Notes: a model not told the origin generated them from the letters alone. Shown: positions 19,230 through 30,080, counted from the stretch's first letter. The stretch is 64,000 nucleotides of DNA from Candidatus Woesebacteria bacterium (GCA_963716475.1 OY970314.1:918508-982507), one strand, 5' to 3'. Made by a program: numbers and translations.

Positions 19230-20927
19230 ATGAAGTTTCGGGAACTCGCAGAATATCTGGAAAGGTTGGAGGCCACTTCTTCACGCCTCGAAATCACAAG
19301 GATTTTAACTGAGCTTTTTAAGACTTCTTCCGTTTCTGAAATTGACAAGGTAGTTTACTTGTCACTCGGTATTTTGGCCCCGAATTACGAAAGCGTTATC
19401 TTAAATTTGGCGGAAAAAATGATGATACGTACGCTTGCGAAGGCTTATCAAAAAGAGGTGTCCGAGGTTCTCGCTTTATTCAAGAAAATTGGAGACATCG
19501 GGTCGGTGGCCCAGGAACTAGGCAAGGGGCATAAAATATCAGGCTCTACCTTATCAGTAACCGATGTTTATGAAAGACTTTTGGAAATTGCCAAAGATAG
19601 CGGCGGGGGAAGTGTGGAACGGAAAATCGAAAAGACCGCGAACCTACTTGGTAGCCTCGACCCGCTTTCTGTCCGTTTTGTTTCCAGGATTCCGGTAGGA
19701 CGCCTCAGGCTTGGGTTTTCGGAAAAGACGGTAATCGATGCTTTGGCGGGCCACGACGCAAAACTTCAGAAGGAGGTTGAGGAAGCTTATAACATCCGGC
19801 CGGATATCGGCTACATTGCCAAATTGGTTAAAGAAGGGAATCCAAAAGGTGCAAAGCCGCAAATCGGGGTGCCGGTGGTTCCAATGCTTGCACAGCGGCT
19901 GAATTCGACTACCGAAATGATCAAAAAAATGGGAGAGGTTTCGGTTGAGCCCAAATTTGACGGTCTTAGAATTTTTATTCACTACCGTAAAAAGGACAAT
20001 TTCCTCCGGATTTTTACAAGGAATATGAATGCAATTCCCCTGGAAACTTTTCCGGAACTTAAGGAAGTCGGGAAATACATAAAAGCCGAAGAAGTGATTC
20101 TTGATTCGGAGGCAATTGGGGTGGATCCCAAGCGCGAAATGTTTCTGGATTTCCAAAAAACGATTCAAAGGAGAAGAAAACATGATGTAGAAAAAACCGC
20201 AGGCGAAATTCCGCTTCAATTCCAGGTATTTGATCTGATACTTTTCGACGGGCAAAGTCTGATAAACACCCCTTACGTTCAAAGAAGAGAGTTACTTAAA
20301 AAAGCCGTAGTCAACGGAAGCTTACTTCGGGTCGATGAAAATACGGTCACATCCGATGCGGATGTGATAAAAAAGTTTCATCAGAAGTACCTGAAAATGG
20401 GGCTTGAAGGAGTCGTGGTTAAAAGAGCAAATGGGTTTTATGTCAGCGGGCGCGCCGGCTGGAATTGGGTAAAAATGAAAGAGGAAGAAGGACAGGAGGG
20501 CCGCCTTGCCGATACGGTTGACTGCGTGATCATGGGCTACACCACCGGAAAAGGCAAGAGAGTCGGCTTTGGAATGGGACAATTCCTGGCCGGGGTTGCC
20601 GATGGAGACACATTTAAGACTGTCACTAAGGTTGGAACGGGATTAACGGATGAACAATTCAGGGAATTGAAATCGAGACTCACAAAAATCGAGGTTAAGG
20701 AAAAGCCGAAAGAATATGAAGTCAATAAGGATTTATACCCTGATTTTTGGGTGGCACCGCAGGTTCTGATTGAACTTGCGGCCGATGAAATAACAGTCAG
20801 TCCCAAGCACACAGCCGGTCTGGCCTTGAGGTTCCCGCGTCTGATCCAATTCAGGGACGATAAAAGCGCCAAAGACGCAACGACAGTCAGCGAACTTCAC
20901 GATCTTTTTAAGCTACAAAAGGGCTAA
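19230..20927 (+). CDS. lig: ATP-dependent DNA ligase
   Basis: EPKFDGLR, EGVVVK, WVKMK, LRFPR and RDDK; N-terminal DNA-binding domain. Confidence 0.93.
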   Translation: MKFRELAEYLERLEATSSRLEITRILTELFKTSSVSEIDKVVYLSLGILAPNYESVILNLAEKMMIRTLAKAYQKEVSEVLALFKKIGDIGSVAQELGKGHKISGSTLSVTDVYERLLEIAKDSGGGSVERKIEKTANLLGSLDPLSVRFVSRIPVGRLRLGFSEKTVIDALAGHDAKLQKEVEEAYNIRPDIGYIAKLVKEGNPKGAKPQIGVPVVPMLAQRLNSTTEMIKKMGEVSVEPKFDGLRIFIHYRKKDNFLRIFTRNMNAIPLETFPELKEVGKYIKAEEVILDSEAIGVDPKREMFLDFQKTIQRRRKHDVEKTAGEIPLQFQVFDLILFDGQSLINTPYVQRRELLKKAVVNGSLLRVDENTVTSDADVIKKFHQKYLKMGLEGVVVKRANGFYVSGRAGWNWVKMKEEEGQEGRLADTVDCVIMGYTTGKGKRVGFGMGQFLAGVADGDTFKTVTKVGTGLTDEQFRELKSRLTKIEVKEKPKEYEVNKDLYPDFWVAPQVLIELAADEITVSPKHTAGLALRFPRLIQFRDDKSAKDATTVSELHDLFKLQKG

Positions 20928-21060
20928 TCGCTTCTTGACCAAGGTACCATTATTGTGAAAAGATAAACGTGTAGAAACTGTTTCAAAATTCGGCATAGCC
21001 TCATTTTGAGAGCTACGCTAGTTTATATGAACAGAATTCATAGGAAGAGGGTGAGTATTT

Positions 21061-21381
21061 ATGGCAGGAACAGGTTTGAAAAAAACAACGTCCGGAGCAC
21101 TAGCTTACGTTTTGGGTCCCGTAACAGGAATAATATTCCTGGTTATTGAAAAGGATCCTTTTGTCAGATTTCATGCAATGCAATCGACCGTGGTATTTGT
21201 GGTCCTTTTTGTATTGCAATGGGTTCTAGGAATAACAATAATTCTTTTTCCTTTGTCAGCACTTATCGGCATTATTGGTTTTGCTCTTTGGCTAATCCTA
21301 ATTTATAAGGCATGGCAGGGAGAAGAGTGGGAAGTCCCGGTGTTAGGCAAAATTGCCAGGAATTTAATTAAAAAAGTTTAA
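21061..21381 (+). CDS. DUF4870-like membrane protein
   Basis: ALAYVLG, FVRFHAMQS and KAWQGE..VP.LG. Confidence 0.75.
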   Translation: MAGTGLKKTTSGALAYVLGPVTGIIFLVIEKDPFVRFHAMQSTVVFVVLFVLQWVLGITIILFPLSALIGIIGFALWLILIYKAWQGEEWEVPVLGKIARNLIKKV

Positions 21382-21388
21382 ATTCTAT

Positions 21389-21868
21389 ATGAAACTAATC
21401 ATAGGGTTAGGCAACCCGGGGGGGGAGTATGTAGATACCAGGCATAATGCTGGTTTTTTAGTGGCTGATGAACTTCAGAAAGATAAACTTCCGGTAGGCG
21501 TTGTTGTCAGAAAATCCGATGTATTTATGAATGAATCGGGAAGCTTTGTAAAAAGTCTTGTCAATAAATTCCATCCCGATTTATCCGATCTCTTCATTAT
21601 TCATGACGACCTGGACGTCCCACTTGGGACCTATAAAATACAATTTGGAATCGGTCCCAAGGTTCACAACGGCGTCAATTCAGTTGAAACCGAATTGGGA
21701 ACAAAAGACTTTTGGAGAGTGAGAGTCGGAGTTGACAACAGAAAATCAGATGACAGGACCCAGGGGGAAGAATATGTGCTTCAAAATTTTACGGAAGAAG
21801 AGAGAAAGGTACTTGATTTAACAATCAAGAAAGTGTTAATTGACCTAATTGCTAAAATTGGGACATGA
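21389..21868 (+). CDS. pth: Peptidyl-tRNA hydrolase
   Basis: GLGNPG, TRHNAG, MNESG, HDDLD and HNG. Confidence 0.95.
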   Translation: MKLIIGLGNPGGEYVDTRHNAGFLVADELQKDKLPVGVVVRKSDVFMNESGSFVKSLVNKFHPDLSDLFIIHDDLDVPLGTYKIQFGIGPKVHNGVNSVETELGTKDFWRVRVGVDNRKSDDRTQGEEYVLQNFTEEERKVLDLTIKKVLIDLIAKIGT

Positions 21869-22170
21869 TAAGCAAGGCTAAACATTTAACTTCAGTAGGG
21901 GATATTCTAAGTAAATATAAGCTCGACGACACGGATAAATATATCAGTAAAGAGTTTCAGAAATATGCTTATGATCTGGCGCAAGAGTTGGGGGACATGG
22001 CCCATAAATCACTCTACATGAGGCTGGCCAAAGAAACTCCCAGAATCCTTCTTGAGAAATCCAGAAGTTTTGTCAAAGATGCCCAAAATGCGAGGAGTAA
22101 AGGACGGCTCTTCATGTGGAAACTACAACAACTGAAGAAAGAAGCGGAAGACAAAAATGCAAAAAAGTAA
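21865..22170 (+). CDS. Hypothetical protein
   Basis: Overlapping start/stop with both neighbours. Confidence 0.7.
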   Translation: MISKAKHLTSVGDILSKYKLDDTDKYISKEFQKYAYDLAQELGDMAHKSLYMRLAKETPRILLEKSRSFVKDAQNARSKGRLFMWKLQQLKKEAEDKNAKK

Positions 22171-22468
22171 TTTTTTCGAACAGGTTTATGGTGTTGTAAA
22201 GGAAATTCCGGAAGGAATGGTAATGACTTATGGACAAGTAGCCGCGAGGCTCGGCACGAAAGACGCAAGGCGTGTTGGGCATGCTCTGCATGCGAATAAG
22301 GAAGGCTCAGGCGTCCCGTGCCACAGGGTGGTGAATAAAGACGGCCGGCTCGCTCCCTCTTATGCCTTTGGTGGCTACCATGAGCAAAGGAATAGACTCC
22401 TTGCTGAAGGGGTAAAATTTCTTGACGAACTACATGTGGATATGGATAAATGCGGATGCCGCAATTAG
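22157..22468 (+). CDS. O6-methylguanine-DNA methyltransferase (Ogt/ATL-like)
   Basis: IPEG..TYGQVA, ARRVG and PCHRVV. Confidence 0.9.
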   Translation: MQKSNFFEQVYGVVKEIPEGMVMTYGQVAARLGTKDARRVGHALHANKEGSGVPCHRVVNKDGRLAPSYAFGGYHEQRNRLLAEGVKFLDELHVDMDKCGCRN

Positions 22469-22492
22469 TGTTAAAATAAATTAATACCGCAA

Positions 22493-23026
22493 ATGAAACG
22501 CGAGCTTTTTATCCATTTTGCTTTTTGGTTATCTTTCTTCATTTTAATTTCTATTTTCAAACACTTCCTGAGCTTAGGCTACTGGCCGTTCTGGCTCGGG
22601 GGAGCGATCGGAGTTCTTATGCCTGACCTGGATCACCTTATTTATGTTTTCTTTCTGGGCCCTCAGGAGCTTACTTCCCAAAGAGTCGGTTTTCTCTGGG
22701 AAAAGCGTGAGTATAAAAGGCTTATTGAGCTCCTTTATGAGACCAGAAGCGAAAGAAGGGGACTTATCTTTCATACCATATTCTTTCAGGCAATTTTTTT
22801 GATTCTAACTTTCTGGCTTATGAGTTCTTCTGCCTCACTTTTTGGAAAAGGCCTGGTTCTGTCATTTGCCCTCCACCTTTCCGTAGACCAGCTTGTCGAT
22901 TTGGTTGAAATGAAAAATTTAAGTAACTGGACAAAATTTCTGCCGATTAATCTTGATCTTAATAAATCAAAAATCTACTGGTCTGCAGGCATACTCCTGA
23001 CCCTTGCCATGGGTTTTTTTATGTAA
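22493..23026 (+). CDS. Membrane-bound metal-dependent hydrolase-like protein
   Basis: Multiple TM helices; PDLDH, FHT and HLSVD. Confidence 0.6.
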   Translation: MKRELFIHFAFWLSFFILISIFKHFLSLGYWPFWLGGAIGVLMPDLDHLIYVFFLGPQELTSQRVGFLWEKREYKRLIELLYETRSERRGLIFHTIFFQAIFLILTFWLMSSSASLFGKGLVLSFALHLSVDQLVDLVEMKNLSNWTKFLPINLDLNKSKIYWSAGILLTLAMGFFM

Positions 23027-23035
23027 TTGCATATT

Positions 23036-23211
23036 ATTCATTCTTTGCTTGCCCAAAGAATGAATCAAGAAAAGGCCCGCCGATGGAAATTACATAGTTC
23101 CTCGTCTCGTTCATTCATACAAAAGAACTTCTTCGCCATAAAGGCTCGTCAGACAGCTTTTGTTTCTTAAACGTATTCACTCGGCTCGTCAAAATGTAAT
23201 TTCCAAAGGCG
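23036..23211 (+). repeat. Dispersed structured element, copy E (divergent family 1)
   Basis: Same architecture with compensated stems, e.g. TGGAAATTACAT/ATGTAATTTCCA. Confidence 0.85.
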
Positions 23212-23310
23212 CTGGGGCGGGAAAATCGGATGACAACTCCAAGCGAATTGCAGGGAACCTTTAGGAAATCCTCAGCAATAATTAAGATTTGTAATATAAT
23301 GTTACGTCTT

Positions 23311-24579
23311 ATGAACACAATGCTTGAAGCGGCACTTAATCAGATTAAAGACACTTCTCTAATTTTGGGGGAGGATTATCCTGACAAAAAGAGATTTAAA
23401 AAAGCGATTGATACAATTTTGGTTCCCCAAAGGGTGGTTAAGGGAAAAATCTCAATTAAAGGTAAAGACGGCAAAAGAAAGTCATTCCAGGCCTTTAGAA
23501 TCCAGCACAACGATGCCAGAGGACCTTTCAAGGGGGGAATAAGATTCCACCAGAATGTCAGCCAGGACGAAGTTCAGGCTTTGGCTACCCTGATGAGTCT
23601 TAAGTGCGCCGTGGCCGGAATTCCTTACGGTGGAGCCAAAGGGGGAGTAATTGTAGACCCTTCAACCTTGACTAAAGAGGAACTTAAAGATCTTTCTGTC
23701 GAATATGCAAAATTTATCGCGCCTTATATAGGTCCCTGGAAGGATGTTCCGGCGCCTGATGTAAATACAGACGGGCAAATTATGTCCTGGATTCTTGAAG
23801 CCTATGAAAAGAAACATGGAATGCAGGCTCCTGCCACCTTGACCGGAAAACCATTAGAGCTTGGAGGATCTTTGGGCCGTACTGAAGCTACAGGGCAGGG
23901 CGGAGTGTACGTTTTGGAAGCATATGCAAAAGTCAAAAAGATTAATCTCAAAACATCAACCGTAGCCGTTCAGGGATTCGGTAACGTCGGAAGCTATTTT
24001 GCCAAATTCGCATCCGAAGCCGGATTTAAGATTGTGGCAGTTTCGGATTCCTCAAGCGGAATTTACGACGCCAAGGGTTTGGATATAGCGGCACTAGGTA
24101 AATATAAGGAAAAAGGCGGATCTTTCAAAGACTATCCATTGGGGTCCGGCACGAAATTAATCACGAATGGCGAACTTTTGGAGCTTCCGGTTACCATTTT
24201 GGTACCTGCGGCTCTGGAAAATTCGATTACAAAGGAAAATATGCAAGATATCTCTGCAAAGGTGGTTTTTGAAATGGCCAACGGCCCGACCACCAGCGAG
24301 GCAGACAACTATTTACACGAAAAGGGAATAGACGTAATTCCTGATATTTTGACTAATTCCGGAGGGGTTACCGTAAGCTATTTTGAATGGGTACAGAACC
24401 TTAGTGGTTATTATTGGACTTTGAATAGAGTTAATGAAGAGCTTAAAAAGACAATTATTAAGGCCTTTAACGACATAGATAAAATTGTTAAAGAGAAACG
24501 CATTTCATACCGCCGTGCTGCAAATTACCTTTCGATCAAAAGAATAATCGATGCAATGATGCTCCGGGGGAGAGTGTAG
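23311..24579 (+). CDS. gdhA: Glu/Leu/Phe/Val dehydrogenase (glutamate dehydrogenase)
   Basis: RGPFKGGIRF, GGAKGG, DVPAPDVNT, QGFGNVG and SYFEWVQN. Confidence 0.93.
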   Translation: MNTMLEAALNQIKDTSLILGEDYPDKKRFKKAIDTILVPQRVVKGKISIKGKDGKRKSFQAFRIQHNDARGPFKGGIRFHQNVSQDEVQALATLMSLKCAVAGIPYGGAKGGVIVDPSTLTKEELKDLSVEYAKFIAPYIGPWKDVPAPDVNTDGQIMSWILEAYEKKHGMQAPATLTGKPLELGGSLGRTEATGQGGVYVLEAYAKVKKINLKTSTVAVQGFGNVGSYFAKFASEAGFKIVAVSDSSSGIYDAKGLDIAALGKYKEKGGSFKDYPLGSGTKLITNGELLELPVTILVPAALENSITKENMQDISAKVVFEMANGPTTSEADNYLHEKGIDVIPDILTNSGGVTVSYFEWVQNLSGYYWTLNRVNEELKKTIIKAFNDIDKIVKEKRISYRRAANYLSIKRIIDAMMLRGRV

Positions 24580-24585
24580 ACAACC

Positions 24586-24803
24586 TGTCTATTTCTTGCT
24601 TGCCCAAGAAATAGACGAAAGAAGGGCCCGCCGAAAGAATTTGATGGCAACTCGCTTCGTTCGTCTAGTGCAAAAGAACTCCCGGCGTATACACTTGGTC
24701 GGACTACTTTTGCATTCAGAGGAATTCACTCAGCTTGCTGAAATCAAATTCTTTAAGGCGATTTGAAATAGCTAAAAGAGCCAGAGTGGATTTGGGGGAA
24801 CAA
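24586..24803 (+). repeat. Dispersed structured element, copy B (family 1)
   Basis: Near-identical to copies A, C and D; shares the GAGCCAGAGTGGATTT tail with A. Confidence 0.9.
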
Positions 24804-24821
24804 CTGTAAAAGTGGGATGCC

Positions 24822-25358
24822 TTATTCTTTGCAACAATCAACAGCTTTTTTGAAGATTTCGGTGAGTTTGTCAAAGGGGGATGTGGTTCCTTTTAATTTA
24901 ACTTCCTTTTCTCCGACAAAGTTAATGCTGCTGTCATCCATTGGGATGTCTCCGATATCAACAACTTTAAGATTAATTGCCCAGAAGAGGGAATAAAGCC
25001 TAAAGGATTTTTGGAATAGTTCCCAAGCCTCTTTTCTATTACCTTTCTTTTCTTCTTTAGTGCCGACTTCCATTAGGCGCATGGAGGCCGCCAGGAGGTG
25101 TTTACTAATACACCAAACCTCTCCTTCGTAGTCTTTAACTATCTTTTTGAGAAGTTCAGTACGCATGCCCCTAACTTCATTGAGAATATCCAGGTATTGG
25201 GGCTTTTCAGTTTTTTGAGCGGTAAAAAACAAATGCTCTTCAATCGAAATGAGATTCATGATGGCGATTGAGAGATCTTCACTTGAGGAAAGATCTACCT
25301 TACCTGTTTTGGTAACGTTTTCGACCTTCTTTATGAGGTCATTGTAGTTTTTAACCAT
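24822..25358 (-). CDS. Hypothetical protein, possibly metal-binding
   Basis: EEH, WCISKH and C-terminal DCCKE; lies in the copper locus. Confidence 0.65.
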   Translation of the reverse strand: MVKNYNDLIKKVENVTKTGKVDLSSSEDLSIAIMNLISIEEHLFFTAQKTEKPQYLDILNEVRGMRTELLKKIVKDYEGEVWCISKHLLAASMRLMEVGTKEEKKGNRKEAWELFQKSFRLYSLFWAINLKVVDIGDIPMDDSSINFVGEKEVKLKGTTSPFDKLTEIFKKAVDCCKE

Positions 25359-25374
25359 GAATGTATTTTAGCAT

Positions 25375-25409
25375 TACTTACTTGCTTGGCCAAGCATGTA
25401 ATTTCCAAT
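25375..25409 (+). repeat. Internally deleted remnant of the dispersed element
   Basis: CTTGCTTGGCCAAG 5' hairpin fused to the copy-E-type 3' end ATGTAATTTCCAA. Confidence 0.55.
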
Positions 25410-25435
25410 GGAGTTAAAACAGGAAGATTGGGGGT

Positions 25436-25876
25436 TCAGCGGGTTATGAAGTAGAAAATTAGGCTTGTAACGACCAATGCCAGGACGGGGAAGACAACTT
25501 TTTGGAACGGGAAGAAGATTTTTTTGAATTTCCCTCTCTGATATTTATCTGCCCGGGCCCCGGCAAGAAAAACAATTGAACCGATGATGATTCCAAAAAC
25601 AATCTTATCCATGCCCCAAATGGTATTAAGTTTAATACCGATTATATGGTCTAATTTAAACGGAATGAGCACAAATAAGTACATTAAAATGAAGGTTAGG
25701 AAATAGTAATATTTGGATTTTAACTTGGGCCATTTTTTGGCAATCCAAGCGATTGTTATAAAAGAGAAGGAGAGAATGAATCCTCCGATCCAAATAGAAG
25801 TAATCAAATCATCAATTCCCAAAAGTCGGGAAATACCTAGGCCCGCAATAACGGTGACTGTGCAAACAGGACACAT
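25436..25876 (-). CDS. Membrane protein with N-terminal CxxC
   Basis: MCPVCT followed by about 4 TM helices. Confidence 0.7.
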   Translation of the reverse strand: MCPVCTVTVIAGLGISRLLGIDDLITSIWIGGFILSFSFITIAWIAKKWPKLKSKYYYFLTFILMYLFVLIPFKLDHIIGIKLNTIWGMDKIVFGIIIGSIVFLAGARADKYQRGKFKKIFFPFQKVVFPVLALVVTSLIFYFITR

Positions 25877-25878
25877 TT

Positions 25879-26070
25879 TTATGTAATTTTGAAGCCGGAT
25901 TTTTCAACGACCTTCTTAATATTAGCAAAATTTCCATCGCCTTCAACCTCCACGGTCGATTTTGGATAAGAACACTTAGCTTTTATACCGGCATCCTCCA
26001 GATCCAGCTCGAGAAGTGAAGCACAGCTCGGGCAATTCATTCCTTTAATTTTGTAAATTTTTGTGGTCAT
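25879..26070 (-). CDS. Heavy-metal (copper) chaperone, CopZ-like
   Basis: GMNCPSC HMA motif. Confidence 0.85.
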   Translation of the reverse strand: MTTKIYKIKGMNCPSCASLLELDLEDAGIKAKCSYPKSTVEVEGDGNFANIKKVVEKSGFKIT

Positions 26071-26094
26071 TTTATTAGATAAGTCAAGCTTTGC

Positions 26095-27096
26095 TTATTC
26101 AATTACATTAAACGATCCTGAGTACATTCCCATACTGCAAGTATAAGTTAAAAGCCCAGTTTTGGTCGGAGTGAACTCCATTGTCTCGGTTCCTGTTTGG
26201 GGTAGGAGTTTATATAAATTAAAAGCGGGAATTGTGAAGGCTCTTGAACAGCCGGCTACACCGTTGGTTACGAGTGTAAGTTTTACCGGTACACCAAGCT
26301 TCAATGTGTTTACGTTAGCCTTATATCCCCCGGATGTGACATTAATCGTGGCTTCCTGAACCCCGGAATTGACTTCCGCCAGAGTGCCTTTTGCTTCACT
26401 TTCGAAAGCAACCTTCCAGTAATTTTGAATTGTATGAAGGGAACCCCTAAGAACCTGTCCGCTATTAATAGAGATAATTCCCATGACAGCTACAACCCCC
26501 GCTGCCAAAACCGAAAGTGCTTTATGTTTAAAGAGTTCGTTGGCTGCCAGTCCGATCAGGAAAAATACCGGAATTGTTCCCAGAATAAAAGCAAACATGA
26601 TCGATGCGGAGATAACGGGGTTACTGGCAGAAACTGCCAAAAGCATCATAGCCTGAGTTACTCCGCAGGGGATAAGTATGGTTAAGGCTCCCAGAAAAAC
26701 CGGAGTAAAAAATGATTTAACTTTAGTTTGATTTCTTAGAATTCTGAATATGAATTTTGGGGGAGTAATCACAAAATGCTTAAAAAACGGGTGGAGGTTA
26801 AGTAAGTTTGCCGCGGTGATAATCATATAAATACCGATTACGATTTGCAGCCATCCTTGGATCCTTGGCGTGATAAGAAGTTTAGACCCGACCATCCCCA
26901 AGACGAATCCGAGAATGGTGTAGGCGATCAATTTGGAAATTACAAATGCTGTTAGCGCCCGGGCTCTTAAGCCTTTTGAAATGTTGATTTCTTCATCGGT
27001 CGCAAGAGCTGATGTCAGAAGTCCTCCTTGGACGGCAAAGCAGGAAATCCCGCCGGTGGTAAGACCCGTAAGAAACGCCAGCCAGTAGTTAGCCAT
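26095..27096 (-). CDS. DsbD_2/TauE-like membrane protein with C-terminal cupredoxin domain
   Basis: SCFAVQGG, IPCG and YTCSMGMY. Confidence 0.8.
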   Translation of the reverse strand: MANYWLAFLTGLTTGGISCFAVQGGLLTSALATDEEINISKGLRARALTAFVISKLIAYTILGFVLGMVGSKLLITPRIQGWLQIVIGIYMIITAANLLNLHPFFKHFVITPPKFIFRILRNQTKVKSFFTPVFLGALTILIPCGVTQAMMLLAVSASNPVISASIMFAFILGTIPVFFLIGLAANELFKHKALSVLAAGVVAVMGIISINSGQVLRGSLHTIQNYWKVAFESEAKGTLAEVNSGVQEATINVTSGGYKANVNTLKLGVPVKLTLVTNGVAGCSRAFTIPAFNLYKLLPQTGTETMEFTPTKTGLLTYTCSMGMYSGSFNVIE

Positions 27097-27134
27097 CTTG
27101 ACAATTAGGATAAAGGTAATTTATACTATTGTCA

Positions 27135-27151
27135 ATCCCCCCCCAGGGGAT
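27135..27151. promoter_or_regulatory. Putative CsoR operator
   Basis: ATCCCCCCCCAGGGGAT C-tract/G-tract pseudo-palindrome between the divergent copper operons. Confidence 0.65.
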
Positions 27152-27159
27152 ATAAGTAA

Positions 27160-27417
27160 ATGTCAAATACTAAAAAAAGGATTTTGCATAGGTATCAAAT
27201 TGCCAGGGGGCATTTGGAAAAAGTAGTTTCAATGCTGGAAAGTGACGCCTACTGCATCGATATAGTCCATCAATCATTGGCGGTTCAGGCGGCTTTGAAA
27301 AAAGCAGATGACGAAGTATTGAAAAATCATCTTGAAACCTGCGTCTCCGATTCGATTAAAGCGGGGAATAGCAAGGAGGCGATAGGAGAGGTTATGCAGG
27401 TCCTCAAAAAGAGATGA
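27160..27417 (+). CDS. csoR: Copper-sensing repressor CsoR
   Basis: YCIDI and NHLETCV motifs. Confidence 0.9.
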   Translation: MSNTKKRILHRYQIARGHLEKVVSMLESDAYCIDIVHQSLAVQAALKKADDEVLKNHLETCVSDSIKAGNSKEAIGEVMQVLKKR

Positions 27418-29405
27418 CTCAGAAAAAATCCTTTCCCATTATCGGAATGCACTGCGCTTCCTGTGCAAGGCTGATCGAAAGAAGACTTTCGAAGGTTCCC
27501 GGAGTAGTTTCATCCAGTGTTAATTATGGGAACGAAACTGCATACCTGGAGTTAAATGACAAGGAAATTGCGGATGGCGATATAGAAAAAGCAATTGAAG
27601 GTCTTGGGTATAAAGTCGGCAAGAATATTGAAGAGGAAAAGAAGAAAAAGCTTGCTGGCTTAAAGATTAAAGTAATTGCTTCAGTTATATTGGCCAGCTA
27701 TATCATGGTTTCGGGGTTTATCAAATTCCTTGATTTCAAATATCTAATTTTTATTTTTGCCACTATTGTCCAGTTTTGGGCAGGAAGTGAGTTTTATTTA
27801 GCTACTTGGAGCGGCATAAAAAATAGATCAACCAGTATGGATACATTGGTTGCTATAGGGACTTCAGCCGCGTACTTTTATTCTATATATACTCTAATTG
27901 TTGGCGGACCTTCATATTTCGATACATCTTCTGTAATTATTACTTTAATTCTTCTGGGGAGATTTTTGGAGGCTAAAGCAAAATCACACACCTCGGATGC
28001 CATTAAAAAACTTTTGGGTTTAACACCCAAAACAGCATATGTTTTACGGGGTAGGGAGTACGTCGAATTACCGATAAGCGAACTTGTTTTGGGGGATTTA
28101 GTCAGAGTACGACCCGGGGAGAGTATTGCGACCGACGGAGTAGTCGCAGAAGGTGACAGCTTTATCGACGAATCAATGTTAACAGGAGAGCCTATGCCGG
28201 TTAAAAAGGGAAAGGGAGACACGGTTACCGGAGCAACAATAAATAAAAACGGGAGTTTGGTTTTTAAAGTTACAAAAGTGGGCAAGGATACAATGCTTTC
28301 GCAGATTGTTAAAATGGTAGTAGAGGCGCAAGGAAGCCACGCCGATGTACAAAGATTTGCCGATAGCGTTTCTTCCTATTTTGTTCCGGCGGTGCTTGTA
28401 ATCGCTTTAATTACTTTTTTTACATTCGGACTAACTAATGCAATTGCGGTCCTTATTATTGCCTGCCCGTGTGCAATGGGACTTGCCACCCCAACCGCGA
28501 TCATGGTTGCGGTAGGCAGGGGTGCCAAAAACGGAATTTTGATTAAGGATGCCCAGAGTCTGGAGCTTCTTAATAAAATTAAAACAATTATTTTCGATAA
28601 AACAGGAACACTTACACTGGGTAAACCCGTACTTGTCAACCAGGTTGATAAAAAATATCTGCAGATTGCGGCATCTTTGGAATTTAATTCGGAGCATCCG
28701 ATCGGGGAAGCAATTGTAGCGAAAGCGAAAAGTGAGAAACTGAGAATGAACATCGTAAAAAGTTTCAGGGCAATTGAGGGTAAGGGGATTGAGGGGACTA
28801 TTGAAGGAATCAAATACTATTTGGGCAGACCCGGCATATCGCTTTTTGAGGGTAAGAAACTTTTGGCCGAATTTGAGGTTGAGGACAGTTTAAAACCGGG
28901 CGTTTCCGAAGTTATTGAGAACATAAACAAAAGGAAAATTAATGTTTGGATGGTAACGGGGGATAAGCGGTCGACTGCAGAAAAGATTGCAAAAGAGGCA
29001 CACATTATGAATGTGATGAGTGAAGTAATGCCTGGAGAAAAGTCCCAAAAAGTGAAAGAATTCAAATCGGTTGCCTTTGTGGGGGACGGAATTAATGACG
29101 CACCCGCTCTGGCCTCCGCCAATGTCGGAATTGCAATGGGAACGGGAACCGACGTAGCGATAGAATCTGCGGGAATAACGCTTCTGAATAAAAATATAGG
29201 TAGTGTTCTCTCGGCATTTAATCTATCCAAAAAGACCATGAATATAATACGACAGAACCTCTTTTGGGCGTTTGGTTACAATATTATTCTGATTCCCGTT
29301 GCGGCCCTGGGACTTCTTAACCCGATGCTGGCGGCAGGAGCAATGGCTGCCTCGTCAATTTCGGTAGTGAGTAATTCTTTAAGACTAAGAACGGTAAAAA
29401 TATAA
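27414..29405 (+). CDS. copA: Cu(I)-exporting P1B-type ATPase
   Basis: GMHCASC, TGE, CPC, DKTGT, HP, GDGIND, YN and MAASS. Confidence 0.93.
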   Translation: MTQKKSFPIIGMHCASCARLIERRLSKVPGVVSSSVNYGNETAYLELNDKEIADGDIEKAIEGLGYKVGKNIEEEKKKKLAGLKIKVIASVILASYIMVSGFIKFLDFKYLIFIFATIVQFWAGSEFYLATWSGIKNRSTSMDTLVAIGTSAAYFYSIYTLIVGGPSYFDTSSVIITLILLGRFLEAKAKSHTSDAIKKLLGLTPKTAYVLRGREYVELPISELVLGDLVRVRPGESIATDGVVAEGDSFIDESMLTGEPMPVKKGKGDTVTGATINKNGSLVFKVTKVGKDTMLSQIVKMVVEAQGSHADVQRFADSVSSYFVPAVLVIALITFFTFGLTNAIAVLIIACPCAMGLATPTAIMVAVGRGAKNGILIKDAQSLELLNKIKTIIFDKTGTLTLGKPVLVNQVDKKYLQIAASLEFNSEHPIGEAIVAKAKSEKLRMNIVKSFRAIEGKGIEGTIEGIKYYLGRPGISLFEGKKLLAEFEVEDSLKPGVSEVIENINKRKINVWMVTGDKRSTAEKIAKEAHIMNVMSEVMPGEKSQKVKEFKSVAFVGDGINDAPALASANVGIAMGTGTDVAIESAGITLLNKNIGSVLSAFNLSKKTMNIIRQNLFWAFGYNIILIPVAALGLLNPMLAAGAMAASSISVVSNSLRLRTVKI

Positions 29406-29486
29406 TATCCGATCATTTCTCCCTTTAGATCTTGACGGGAGCACAGGAGCTTAGGTATAGTGAGAACGTTAAGACGAAGACAAATT

Positions 29487-29813
29487 ATGGCGGTAACAAA
29501 TATCATAGATAAAGATTTTGATGCACAGGTTCTGGGTAACAAGACCCCCGTGCTTGTTGACTTTTGGGCCGAGTGGTGCGGGCCATGCAAAATGGCAGCG
29601 CCGGTTTTGGATGAACTGTCTGAAATTTATAAGGATAAAGTAATAGTAGTAAAATTAAACGTTGATGAGAACCCTGCCGCGCCGCAAAAATATGGAGTTA
29701 TGTCAATTCCCACCACCATTCTTTTTAAGGATGGTAAAGAAATCGGGCGCCAGGTCGGTTTTTCAGGAAAAGAAGCTTTTGAAGATTTAATGAAAAAGGG
29801 GGTGAATAGTTAA
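29487..29813 (+). CDS. trxA: Thioredoxin
   Basis: WCGPC active site. Confidence 0.95.
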   Translation: MAVTNIIDKDFDAQVLGNKTPVLVDFWAEWCGPCKMAAPVLDELSEIYKDKVIVVKLNVDENPAAPQKYGVMSIPTTILFKDGKEIGRQVGFSGKEAFEDLMKKGVNS

Positions 29814-30058
29814 TGGACCCAAATGCAAATTCTACTGATCCGGTAGTACCGGCAGATCCTAATGCAGGTGTTCAAACACCTTCGGTTCCCGTTGTCACTC
29901 CTCCGGCAGAGCCGGTTGTGACACCAGTCGAACCGGTAATGCCTTCTCCTACTCCATCCGTGGAGCCGGAGGCATCACCTTCTCCAGAGCCAGTTGTAGA
30001 ACAGCCGGCAGGAGATCAGTCGGGGACGGGAACACCTCCCGTGACGCCTACGGTTTAA
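29813..30058 (+). CDS. Pro/Thr/Val-rich low-complexity protein
   Basis: TAATG overlap with trxA; followed by a terminator-like hairpin. Confidence 0.6.
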   Translation: MDPNANSTDPVVPADPNAGVQTPSVPVVTPPAEPVVTPVEPVMPSPTPSVEPEASPSPEPVVEQPAGDQSGTGTPPVTPTV

Positions 30059-30080
30059 TAGTTGAAAAAATGAAGATGAA

